This document shows positions 1 to 12,000 of a DNA stretch of 64,000 nucleotides, in pieces. Source of the DNA: Pocillopora damicornis (Eukaryota); the NCBI RefSeq assembly GCF_003704095.1, contig NW_020844115.1, positions 186,001 to 250,000 of the forward strand. The letters run 5' to 3'. The notes under the pieces were generated by a model that worked only from the letters and a program-made list of their open reading frames with translations, was not told where the DNA came from and did no database searches. Position 1 is the stretch's first letter. The number at the start of each line of letters is the position of its first letter. Both the position numbers and the translations under genes were made by a program.

Positions 1-1
1 G

Positions 2-73
2 GGATTTATCTTCAAACGCCCTAAGCTCTCTTCCGGAAGGAGTATTCGCCAAGCTAACTAGGCTACAGAAGCT
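2..73 (+). CDS. LRR cassette exon (DLSSNALSSLPEGVFAKLTRLQK)
   Basis: 72 nt with a GTACGT donor; identical to the exon at 6502-6573. Confidence 0.9.
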
Positions 74-3000
74 GTACGTAAAATTTGATAAAACTTAGTA
101 CTTTCGACAAACAGTTTCTGTGCAGGTGTATTTTCCTTTTCTGTAAGCCAAAGGCAGAATTGTGATCTGAGTTGGACTCACGAGACGAGAAGAGGTGAAA
201 GAGAAGACAAGTGTTTATAGGCAAGGAAGGGGGAGGGAATGTTGGAAAGCCTGCTGCTGAGTCTAGAGAGTTTACCAAATGCCCCTAGATGAATAACTAT
301 TCTCTGCTCGTCACCTCTCACTTTAAATATAAAGGTGAGTAAATATTACCCTCCAACGGTAAAAAGTGAATCCCCAAAACAGATGTCAAAGGGACAAAGT
401 GTTGTCGCTGAAGAAATTCATTTCAATTACCGTAGCATCGTAAGCCCATTTAGATCGTGTTCAAAAGATCTGAGTTTTGGGTAATTTCTATGTACTACCT
501 TTCAAACGATGACAAGCTTGAATGCAATGCTGTTTTTATCTGTTTTTTTGTCACAAAGTACTCATTATTGTAAAGCTTTACTTTTCTTCTTGACTAAGCA
601 ATTTGATATTTCCATAGGGATTTATATTCAAACGCCCTAAGCTCTCTTCCGGAAGGACTATTCGCCAAGCTGACTCGGCTGTGGGAGCTGTACGTAAAAT
701 TTGACGGAGCCTAGTACTTCCAAAAAACAGTTTCTGTGTCAGCGTACACAGGCGTCTTTTCCTTCATTTTTAAGTAAAAGAGAAAAGTTTGAGCAAAGAT
801 GGACTCGCAACTACTAAAGGCGAAAGAGAACATTAGTATTCATAGCTAGGAAAGGGGGAGGAAAGGTTAGGAAAGTCCACTGCTTAGTCTAGGGAGTTTA
901 AGGATATGTTATAAAAGTTCATAATGAAGGAAAATGGAAACGAATCTTCAAGTGGACTGCTTCACGAGTGAAAATAGCCGACCTATGGGTTTTATGGCTC
1001 GTCGTTAGAACTTTCCGGTGGAATTGTTTTTAACAGTGGCTCTTAAAGACAAACGGCTAACTACCCTCATTGACTTCCGTCTTGCCCGGAAACAGAAGGA
1101 GTAATCTGTAAACTTTGCGTCAAACCTTTCTTTTCCTCCCCTTAATGTGCATTTTACTTCGGGGAACAATTTCTTAGTGACATTTTTTAGTTTTATTGGA
1201 TGACGATATAAGAATTGTACACATTTATAATCTTTTTCCTTATAAAACTGAGAATGGCTCTGTACCTAGTCTCTGATACATTTCCTCAATAAATTAAGTA
1301 CTTAAACGGTAAGTAGCTTGAATGTGCATTGCTGTTTATGTGTGTTTCTTATCATAAGATATTGTTGTAAAGCTTTCCATTTTCTCTTAGTTAAGTTATT
1401 TGATTATTTTCATAGGAATTTATCTTCAAACGCCCTAAGCTCTCTTCCGGAAGGAGTATTCGCCAAGCTAANNNNNNNNNNNNNNNNNNNNNNNNNNNNN
1501 NNNNNNNNNNNNNNNNNNNNNNNNNNNNNNNNNNNNNNNNNNNNNNNNNNNNNNNNNNNNNNNNNNNNNNNNNNNNNNNNNNNNNNNNNNNNNNNNNNNN
1601 NNNNNNNNNNNNNNNNNNNNNNNNNNNNNNNNNNNNNNNNNNNNNNNNNNNNNNNNNNNNNNNNNNNNNNNNNNNNNNNNNNNNNNNNNNNNNNNNNNNN
1701 NNNNNNNNNNNNNNNNNNNNNNNNNNNNNNNNNNNNNNNNNNNNNNNNNNNNNNNNNNNNNNNNNNNNNNNNNNNNNNNNNNNNNNNNNNNNNNNNNNNN
1801 NNNNNNNNNNNNNNNNNNNNNNNNNNNNNNNNNNNNNNNNNTTTTTGTCACAAAGTACTCATTATTGTAAAGCTTTACTTTTCTTCTTGACTAAGTAATT
1901 TGATATTTCAATCGAGATTTTTATTCAAACGCTCTAAGCTCCTTCCGGAAGGACTATTCGCCAAGCTGACTCGGCTGTGGCAGCTGTACGTAAAATCTGA
2001 TAAAGTCTAGTACTTCCAAAAAACAGTTTCTGTGTCAGCGTACGCAGGCGTCTTTTCCTTCATTTTTAAGTAAAAGAGAAAAGTTTGAGCAAAGATGGAC
2101 TCGCAACTACTAAAGGCGAAAGAGAACATTAGTATTCATAGCTAGGAAAGGGGGAGGAAAGGTTAGGAAAGTCCGTTGCTTAGTCTAGGGAGTTTACCAA
2201 ATACTCCTACATGCTTTAATCTCTCTCCGTTTGTCATTTGTTACTTCAAAATGAGAAATGAGAAATAACCAATACCTCTTTCCGGTACAAAGTGAATCCT
2301 TCAAAGAAATATCAACGGGACAAAGTGTTGCTCTGTAAAAGATGAATATCAATTGTCATAGTATAATAAACTTATCACGATGGCATCCAAATTTACAGTG
2401 TCAGAAAATCTGAGATTTGGATATTTACCATGTACTTTGATGCTTAGGATATGTTATAAAAGTTCATAATGAAGGAAAATGGAAACGAATCTTCAAGTGG
2501 ACTGCTTCACGAGTGAAAATAGCCGACCTATGGGTTTTACGGCTCGTTGTTAAAACTTTCCGGTGGAATTGTTTTTAACAGTGGCTCTTAAAGAAAAACG
2601 ATTAACTACCCACATTGACTCCCGTCTTGCACGGAAACAGAAGGAGTAATCTGTGAACTTTGCGTCAAACCTTTCTTTTCCTCCCCTTAATGTGCATTTT
2701 ACTTCGGGGAACAATTTCTTGGTAACATTTTTTAATTTATTGGATGAAGACATGAGAATTGTACACGTTTATAACCTGTTTCCTTATAAAACTGCGAAAA
2801 GCTCTGTACCTAGTCTCTGATACATTTTTATAATAAATTAATTACCTTTTAAAAGGTTATTAACTTGAATGCATTGTTGTTTTCTTCTGTTTCGGATTAC
2901 AAAATACTTAATATTGTAAAGCTTTACTTTTCCTCTAAGTTAAGTTATTTGATCTTTTTATAGGGATTTATCTTCAAACGCCCTAAGCTCTCTTCCGGAA

Positions 3001-6000
3001 AGAATATTCGCCAAGCTGATTGCGCTGTGGGAGCTGTACGTAAAATTTGATATAACTTAGTATTTCCAACAAACAGTTTCTGTGTTAGCGTATGCAGGCG
3101 TATTTTCCTTTCTCTATAAGCCGAAGGAAGAAGTGTGAACTGAGGTGGACTCACAAGACGTGAAAAGGTGAAATTTATAGGCAGGGAAAGGGGAGAGAGA
3201 TTAACAAATACCCCTACATGAATAATTACTCCTCGCTTGTTACCTCTCGCTAAAAACATAAATGGGAAATAAATACTACCCCTTACCGGTAAAAAGCTTT
3301 AATTTTACTCTTAGGCAAGTTATTTTTTATTTCTATAGGGATTTATCCTCCAACGCCCTAAGCTCTCTTCCGGAAGAAGTATTCGCCAAGCTGACCAAGC
3401 TGCGGTTTCTGTGCGTAAAATTTGATACAACTTAGTATTTCCAACAAACAGTTTCTGTACCAGCGTACACAATTTTTTTCCTTCTTTTTCTATAAACCGA
3501 AGGAAGAAGTTTGAACTGAGTTGGAATCACGGGACGAGAAAGAGAAGAAAAGTATATATAGCCAAGAAAGGGGAGGGAATGTTGGAAAGCCTGCTGCTGG
3601 GTCTAGAGAGTTTACCACACGCCCCTAAATGAATAATTACTCCCCTGCTCGTCACCTCTCGCTTGAAACATAAATGGGAAATAAATACTTCTTTGAACCA
3701 GTAAGATGCTGTGCTTTTCCTCTTAGCTAACTTATCTGTTATTTCTATAGGTACTTATCGTCAAACGCCCTAAGCTCTCTTCCGGAAGTAGTATTCGCCA
3801 AGCTGATTGGGCTGTGGAGGCTGTACGTAAAATTTGATAACTTAGTATTTCCGACAAACAGTTTCTGTGTCAGCGTATGCAGGTGCATTTCCTTTTTTCT
3901 ATAAGCCAACTGGAGAAGTGTGAACCGAGGTGGACTCACGAGGAGAAAAAAGGTGAAAGAGAAAAAAAGCATTAATGGGCAGGGAAATGGGGAGGGAATG
4001 TTGGAAAGCCTGCTGCTGTCTAGAGAGTTTACCAAATGCCCTTCAATGAATGATTACTCCCTGCTCGTCACCTCTCGCATAAAGTAGAAATGGGAAATAA
4101 ATACTACTCCGTACCGGTAAAAAGCTTTACTTTTCCTTTAAGCTAAGTTATTTGTTATTTTTATAGAAATATATCTTCAAACGCCCTAACCTCTCTTCCC
4201 GAAGGAGTATTTGCTAAGCACGCTGAGCTGCATTGGCTGTACGTAAAATTTGACATAACTTAGTATTTACAAGAAACAGTTTCTGTGTCAGGGTGCGTAG
4301 GCGTTTTTCCCTCATAATTAAGCCAAAGGAGAGAAGTGTGAGAAAAGGTGGACTCGCGACGACAAAAGGTGAAAGAGAACTTAAGTGTTCATGGCCAGGA
4401 AAAGGGTAGGGAAGGTGGAGAGCCTGCTGCTGAGTCTAGGGAGTTTACCAAACGCTTCTACATGCTTTAATCTGTCCTCGTTTGTCAATTATCACTTCAA
4501 ACAAGGAATGAGAAATAAATAATACCTCCTTCTGGTACAAAGTTAATCCCTTAGTGAGAAATCAACGGGACAAAGTATTGCTGCCTAAAGATTAATTTCA
4601 ATTGTCATAGCATAATAAACTTATTACGATCGCATCCGAAATCAGATAATCTGGGACTAGGGTATTTACCATGTAGTTCTATGCGAAAGATATTTTATCA
4701 AGGTACAGAATAAAGATAAAAGGAAACTAATCCCTAAATTGACCACTTGGTGGATGAACATATCTGATCTATGGGTTTCAAGGCTCGCTGTGAAGATTGT
4801 CCGTTCGAATTACCTCGGCTTCATTTAAATCCCTGTCCTATGTTGATACCAATACTATTCTATACTGATATGGTAGCAAATATTCAGAAAAAAACATGAC
4901 AAAGTCTTTTGGACAAGTTTTAAAGTTTTCCGAGAGTGAATTGACTGCTGATCAATTTGTTTATAATAGTGGCTCTTAATAGACAAACGATAAAACTACC
5001 CACAATGCCTCCGCCTTGGAAGGAAACAGACGGAGAAATCTGTGGAATTTCGACAAACCTTTCTTTTCCTTCCCTTCATGTCTATTTACTTCGGGATACA
5101 ATTTCTTTGTGACAAGATATAATAGTTCTACACATTTAATTACCTGTTTTTATACAAAACTGTAAAATACATAGTTTTTGATACATTTCTTTTAGACATT
5201 GAGTACCTTTCAAACAATAACAAGCTCGAATGCAATACTGTCTTTGTCTGTTGTTTATAAAAAAATACACATTATTGTGACCTGTTGACTAAATAATTTG
5301 TTATTTCCATAGGGATTTATCTTCAAACGCCCTAAGGTCTCTTCCGGAAGGAGTATTCGCCAAGCTGAGTGGGCTGTCCTGGCTGTACGTAAAATTTGAC
5401 AGAGCCTAGTATTTCCAAAAAACAGTTTCTGTGTTAGCGTATGCAGGCGTCTTTTCCTTCATTTTTAAGTAAAGAGAAAAGTGTGAGCAAAGGTGGACTC
5501 GCGACGAACAAAGGCGAAAGGGTACATAAGTATTCATAACCAGGAAAAGGGGGAGGAAAGGTTAGGAAAGCCTGCTGCTGAGTTTAGGGGTTTACCAAAC
5601 GTTCCTACATGCTTCAATCTCTCCCCGTTCATCATTTTTCACTTCTAATGAAAAATGAGAAAAAACTAATACCTCCTCCCGCTACAAAGTGAATCCTTCA
5701 AAGATATAGCAAGTGTTGCTGCCTAAAAGATTAATTTCAATTGTTGTAGCATAATAAACTTATCACGGTCGCGTCCGAAATCACGGTGTGAGACAATCTG
5801 ATATTAGGGTATTTACCATGTAATTTGATGCGAAAGATATGTTATCAAGGTACAGAATAAAGATAAAAGGAAACAAATTCCTAAATGGACCGCTTTTCCC
5901 ATGAAAACAGGTGATCTATGGGTTTTAAGGCTCGCTGTGAAGGCTGTTTGGTGAAATTACCTCAGCGTCATAGAAACCCCTGTCCTATATTGATACCAAT

Positions 6001-9000
6001 ACTATTCTTAGCTGAGATGGTGGCAAATCTTGAGAAAAAAACCTAACAAAGTCTGAGTTGGACAAGTTTTAAATTTTTTCATGGAGTGAATTGATATCTG
6101 ACCGATTTGCCTATAACAGTGGCTCTGATTGACAAACGATTTATTACCCACGATACTTCCCGCCTTGGACGGAAACAGACGAGGAAATCTGTGGACTTTA
6201 CACCAAACCATTCTTTTACTTCCCTCCACGTCATTTTACCTAATGAAACAATTTCTGTTACCATGTTTAAGTTCACTGGAACTAGATATAATGTTTGGAC
6301 ATATTCAATTATCCGTTTTCTTATAAGGCTGTGTAAAGCTCTGTAACTAGTCTCTGTTACATTTAGTTAAAACGCTAAGTACCTCTCAAACGGTAACAAG
6401 CTTGAATGCATTGCAGTTTATGTCTGTTTCTCATCACAAAATACTCATTATTGTAAAGCTTTCCATTTTCTCTTAGTAAAGTTATTTGATTCTTTTCATA
6501 GGGATTTATCTTCAAACGCCCTAAGCTCTCTTCCGGAAGGAGTATTCGCCAAGCTAACTAGGCTACAGAAGCTGTACGTAAAATTTGATATAACTTAGTA
6601 CTTTCGACAAACAGTTTCTGTGCAGGTGTATTTTCCTTTTCTGTAAGCCAAAGGCAGAATTGTGATCTGAGTTGGACTCACGAGACGAGAAAAGGTGAAA
6701 AAGAAGACAAGTGTTTATAGGCAAGGAAGGGGGAGGGAATGTTGGAAAGCCTGCTGCTGAGTCTAGAGAGTTAACCAAATGCCCCTAAATACTATCATAT
6801 CTCCCCGTTCGTCACCTTCCTCTTAAAATTAGAAATGAGAGATAACTACTTCCCTCTTCGATAAAAGGTGAATTCCTCAAATAGATGTCAACGGGACAAA
6901 GTGTTGCCGCCTAAGAAATTATTTTCATTTATCAAAGCATTGTAAACCTATTTAGATCGTGGCTGAAGTATGATTGATCAGAAAATAGGAGATTTGGGTA
7001 ATATAATCTTTATGTACTTTGATGCGAAAGATATACTATCAAAGTCCAGAACAAATGAAAAGGAAACAAATCCCTAAATTGACCACTTGGCGGATGAAAA
7101 TAACTAATGTATGGGTTCAAGGCTCGCTGTGAAGAATGTCCGGTGGAATTACGTCAATCATTTAAATCCCTGTCGCATTTCGAAACCAATACTTTTTTAA
7201 GCTGAGATGGTAGTAAATCTTCAGACAAGTTTTAAAGTTTTCCGAGAGTGAATTGACAGCTGATCAATTTGTTTATAATAGTGGCTCTTACAGACAAACG
7301 ATAAAACTTCCCACAATGCCTCCGCCTTGGAAGGAAACAGACGGAGAAATTAGTGGACTTTTCGACAAACCTTTCTTTTCCTTCCATTCATGTCATTTTA
7401 CTCCGGGATAAAATTTCTTTGTGACATCTTTTAAGTTCCACTGGAATATAATAGTTCTACACATTGAATTATCCGTTTTTGTACAAAACTGTGAAGTACT
7501 TAGTTTCTGATGCATTTTTTTAGACATAGAGTACCTTTCAAACAATAACAAGCTCGGATGCATTACTGTCTTTGTCTGTTGCTTAAGAAATAGTGCCCAT
7601 TATTTTAAAGCTTTACTTTTCCCGTTTACTAAGTTATTGAATATTTCTATAGGTATTTATTTTCAAACGACCTGAGCTCCCTTCCGGAAGGAGTATTCGT
7701 CAAGCTGACTGGGCTACAGGATCTGTACGTAAAATTTGATACAGCCTAGGATTTCCTAGCCTAAGAAATCATTTCAAATATTAAAGGATTGCAAACCTAT
7801 TAAAATCGTGCCTGAAGTAAAATTGACCAGAAAATGGGAGATTTCGGTAATCTTTATGTACTTTGATGCGAAAGATATACTATTAAAGTCCAGAATAAAG
7901 GAAAAAATTAAAGAATCTCTAAATGGACCAATAAGCGTGTGAAAAAAGGCCGATCCACAGGTTTAGACGCTCGGTGTGTAAACTTTCCGTGGTGGATTAC
8001 CTCAACGTCGAAGAAGCCCTGTCCTCTGTCGATACAAATAGATTTCTAAGCTGAGATGGTAGCAAATCTTCAGAACTAAACGTAAGAAACCGTGTATTAA
8101 ACAAGGTTATAAAATTTTTCGAGAACGAATTGACATCTGATCCATTTGTTTATAACAGTGGCTCCTATAGACAAACGACAAAATTACTCACAATGCCTCC
8201 GCCTTGTGCGGAAACAGAAGGAGTAATCTGTGGACTTGGCGCCAAACCTTTCTTTTCCTTCCTTTTGTTCATTTTGCCTGGTGAAAAAAATTTATTTTAC
8301 CATCTTTAACTTCATTGGAACTAGATATAATCTTTGTACTTGTAAGGCTGTGCAAAGCTCTGTACCTAGTCTCTGTTAAGCTAGAATGCATTGCTGTTTT
8401 TGTCTGTTTCGTATCATAACATATTCATTATTGTAAGGCTCTACTTTTCCTCTCGGTTAAGTCATTTGATTTTTTCATAGGGATTTATCTTTAAACGCCT
8501 TAGACTCTCTTCCAGGAGGAGTATTTTCCAAGCTGACTCAACTGGGGAGCCTGTATGTAAAATCTGACATACCAAAGCTTATTCTGCAAAACATTTTTTT
8601 TTGTCTCAGCGTACACATTAATGTTTTTTTCTTCCTTGAGCCTAAAGGAAGACGTACGAGCTGAGTCGGAACTATCCTTAATACTTTTGCTTCCTCGGAG
8701 GGTCACCTTTTTACGCCAACACCCATTGAAATCCTTGAATTGTTAAAGATTGAAGTCCTTCGTTGGTCAGAGCATGTCAGAATTAACTCCACGGCATGTA
8801 TCTTCAATGGAGTTATACGCGCTTCCGCTTGCGTTTGAGAAGTCAATCAGCACATAAACCGTGTGGCCGATAGTCGATTGACGTCTTATTTAAAAATTAT
8901 TATCTCAACAAAATATCTCGAAAATCAAAATTTGGGCAGACGGTTTTTATCTTTAACTGCTGATCTTACTCTTTGTCAATTTTCAAGGGAATCGGTTTAA

Positions 9001-12000
9001 TTCTGTGAGCCCCGAATTCAAAAAAATGTTTGGGCAATTGATTCGAAAATAAGAGCAGAGAAAAATGCATCCAAAGTTTCTTAAGACGATTTCTTTACTT
9101 TACTCCGAATTTAATCCTTAAGTGGTGAATTTCGATCCTTAAGCTTAAATATTTAAGAGCGTGTCCACGAGAAAACATGGAAGGGGGCAATAGAAACATG
9201 GCATGGGCCAATAATGCTCAAATCACCGATATGGCTCAAACTTGACGCAATGCTGAGTAGTATGAGTTAACAAACGCGTGAAAATGATGGGTCAAAATTT
9301 TTATTTACCCCGGAGATATGGGGTTCCCTTAGGCAAACCCCAATTTCTTGCTTTTTTCAATGATTAGATCACTGAGGGTGTCTAGCTGCTGTTTCTCATT
9401 AAGGGCTCAATTTGCGTGATTCAAACATTCTCTCTTCTTCAGGAGATATATGTTTTTCACCAACCGAGAGGTCCGTATTGCAAAAAATTGTGCCCGAAAT
9501 GTTGGGCACCAGTATTTAAGACGTGATGATTTAGGGTTTTAATTTCGGTAAGATCCTCAATAAACGGAACAATTTTTGAACGAATAGATGGTAGAAGAAA
9601 CGAAGGTAAAGTAAATTAAAAAGAGATGCTTCACAGAAACATTTTCATCGACACTGATAATGGTGATTTAAAAGTCTCCTTAGCAAACTTTTTTATGAAA
9701 CATTTTTTAATAAGAATCTATCAAGACCTGACACCTGTCAATTAAATAGCGCTTGAGAAAAAAGGCCCACGTACACTTTAAAAAAAACAACAGCACTGGT
9801 TTGGCAAGCAAACTCGAGTTCAATGTCTATCACGATGAATTTTTTTCCTAACTGACCTTACATACAGTATATTCTTGTCCAACGACGATTAATCTACGAA
9901 AAATGACCTCTTGTCAGTTTTAAATATCAAGGAAAGTCAAATTGTAAATAAATTCAAATGGATTTTGTGGAGTTTTGAGAGTCTGCTTGTTTGTTTCCTG
10001 CAATGGCGTGTAAATCTTGTCTTTCTGCTGTGAAATGTGTGGTCGAAATATTACATTTCATGAGACAAAAATTTATTAGTATAGGTAATGAAATGATTTC
10101 GAGTGCAATTTGGAATAAATAGGCAAGCGTAAATTTTTTTCAAAGACTAACAAAATTTCACGAGCCCGTTGGGCGAGTACATTTTGTTTTCTATGAAAAA
10201 AATTAACAAGTGCTTATTTATTCCGAACTGCACGAGAAAAATCATGTGATAACGTGCTAATATTATACATGAAAAAATACAAGATAGCTTATCACAATCA
10301 TGCAGAAACAAAGCGCGCGCATCAAGTGCAAAAATAATTTTTTCAAACCTGCAAGAGACTTTGTGCGTTCGGTCAAAACAATCGCGTACGATCAAAACAA
10401 TAATATAAAATGATATTTTCACATCTTTAAGGCGCAAAAAAGTTCAAAGTGCGGCTAACAGTTCAAGGAATTATTCAGTCTGTGTCCGAATCACTTTCGA
10501 TGAAATGGAATCGTCGTTTGCGAAGTTTAACCATGTTTGTTTTTAATTTTGGCGTACAATCGCGTGAGTAAAGTGTTAAGTCGGTTCGTCTTTTGGAGAT
10601 ACTGATCCTCTATTAACACATAATGACGATGATGACTAGAACGAAGGAGATACAACAACACCTTTTCAACCTGAATATAATTCACCTCCTAGTCCTTCAA
10701 ATAAAGGTACTGAAATGACGACAATGAACAGAGGGGAAGAGTGAGGAGCAAAAACTGCTAAAACTCCTTTGATCAATGAAAGTGAATCACTTGATAACAT
10801 TGCACTCAAGACTTAAGTGCTCGTGAAAAACTTGATATGGAATATTCAGACAGGAAACCTACTATGCTTCCAAGTTGGAAAGGAAAGAGTTTATGCAGCT
10901 TCCAATGCTTTTGGTAAGAGAGCTCCCAGTAAATATGTCACCACCAAGATATGATTCTGAAGTTGCTGATGGTCCAACATTAGTAATATAAGTGAAAACA
11001 GATCCGAGACCGTGATTGTTTCCCTCTGTGAAGTGGAAATCTGTGCTTGGTGAAATTCCAAATTCTGCACGCGACCTTTTGAAAGATGGCGTGTCACAGT
11101 TATAATTTATTTGGTTGAACGTTGAGTCGTCAGGAAGAGCTGATTTACCCTGATTTCCTTCCATCTAAAAGGAATCCTTCTGAAGATGAGGTAGATGTGA
11201 AACATCAGAAGTGACTTGATCTGTTCTGGAAGAACATATAAATATCGAGTACAGAAAAAAACTTGGATCACTGCTTACACTCGGAAAGAGTTAAGAGTTG
11301 AATTCGACAAAAGACCGAATGGGTTTTGTTTGATAGTATCAAAGGTTGAATCCTTAAGATATGCGAATGTCTTCAGAATGTTTTTGACAAAAATGAAAAG
11401 AAAATTCTGTGAAAGTCTCACGATTGTGAATGATAATTTGAAAGTTTTACAGTTGTGAACGATATGGTGAAATTTCCACAATTTTGATCAATTTTGTGTA
11501 ATCAAACGATTGGCTTGTTGATTCGCAGGTGATTGAATATTTCGTTGTGGTGAGTTTGTATACCTGGAAAAAAACACCTACTAACTTATATTTATTCAAG
11601 GCTCAAAAATACAAAGAGGTTTTCAAATTATTTTAACAAAATTTTGAAGATTAACATTTTTCTCTATGAATTTTATTTGATGTAAGTCGCAACGTCATGT
11701 TTCAGTAAAGATGCAAAAGAAGCTTAAGTCAAGAATAAGCTTCTCCTTATCGACGGCTTCAATTTCATAACTTCCTTATTCCATACACTGGTCTCAAACT
11801 TGAGTCATTTTCTGAAAAACCAAAGTGATTTGAGAGAAGGAGAAGAGAGAATTAATAATTTATCTATTGGCTTGAGGTAGTGAACGAAATCTTTGTTAGT
11901 TCATTCTGCCCAGCCGGCAAAACAAGTAGTATACTTTTTTAATATTTGCAACGAAGCGAAGGATGTTCTAGGCGACTTAACACGCAAAGGACAGGATACC

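Larger units (their letters stand above)
2..8552 (+). repeat. Tandem exon+intron duplication array of 12 single-LRR 72-nt cassettes (one gap-truncated, one degenerate)
   Basis: The unit tag|GGATTTATCTTCAAACGCCCTAAGCTCTCTTCCGGAAGGAGTATTCGCCAAGCT..CT|gtacgtaaaatttga recurs. It encodes (L)DLSSNALSSLPEGVFAKLTRLxx. The introns (about 0.3-1.1 kb) are homologous to each other. Confidence 0.95.

Noticed and set aside
63-6778. Repeated minus-strand ORFs (MVNSLDSAAG...) at 63-278, 3745-4035 and 6563-6778
   Set aside because: These are by-products of the duplicated intron, with non-ATG starts and frames not conserved among copies.
2-8552. Direct homology to lamprey VLR, or Dscam-type docking/selector elements
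   Set aside because: The similarity is to the generic typical-LRR consensus. VLR cassettes are assembled at the DNA level rather than spliced. No complementary docking sequence could be identified by eye.
1-8600. CRISPR-like appearance of a conserved repeat with spacers
   Set aside because: The repeats are 72-nt coding exons with splice sites, the 'spacers' are long mutually homologous introns, the genome is eukaryotic and there are no cas genes.
9440-9475. Possible small exon after tctcttcttcag
   Set aside because: No LRR-like frame or compatible phase; it overlaps what looks like an interspersed repeat.
10620-11460. Possible Polinton/viral ORF remnants (ORFs 10862-11164, 11216-11458)
   Set aside because: Short and interrupted by stops, with no motif that can be assigned confidently.
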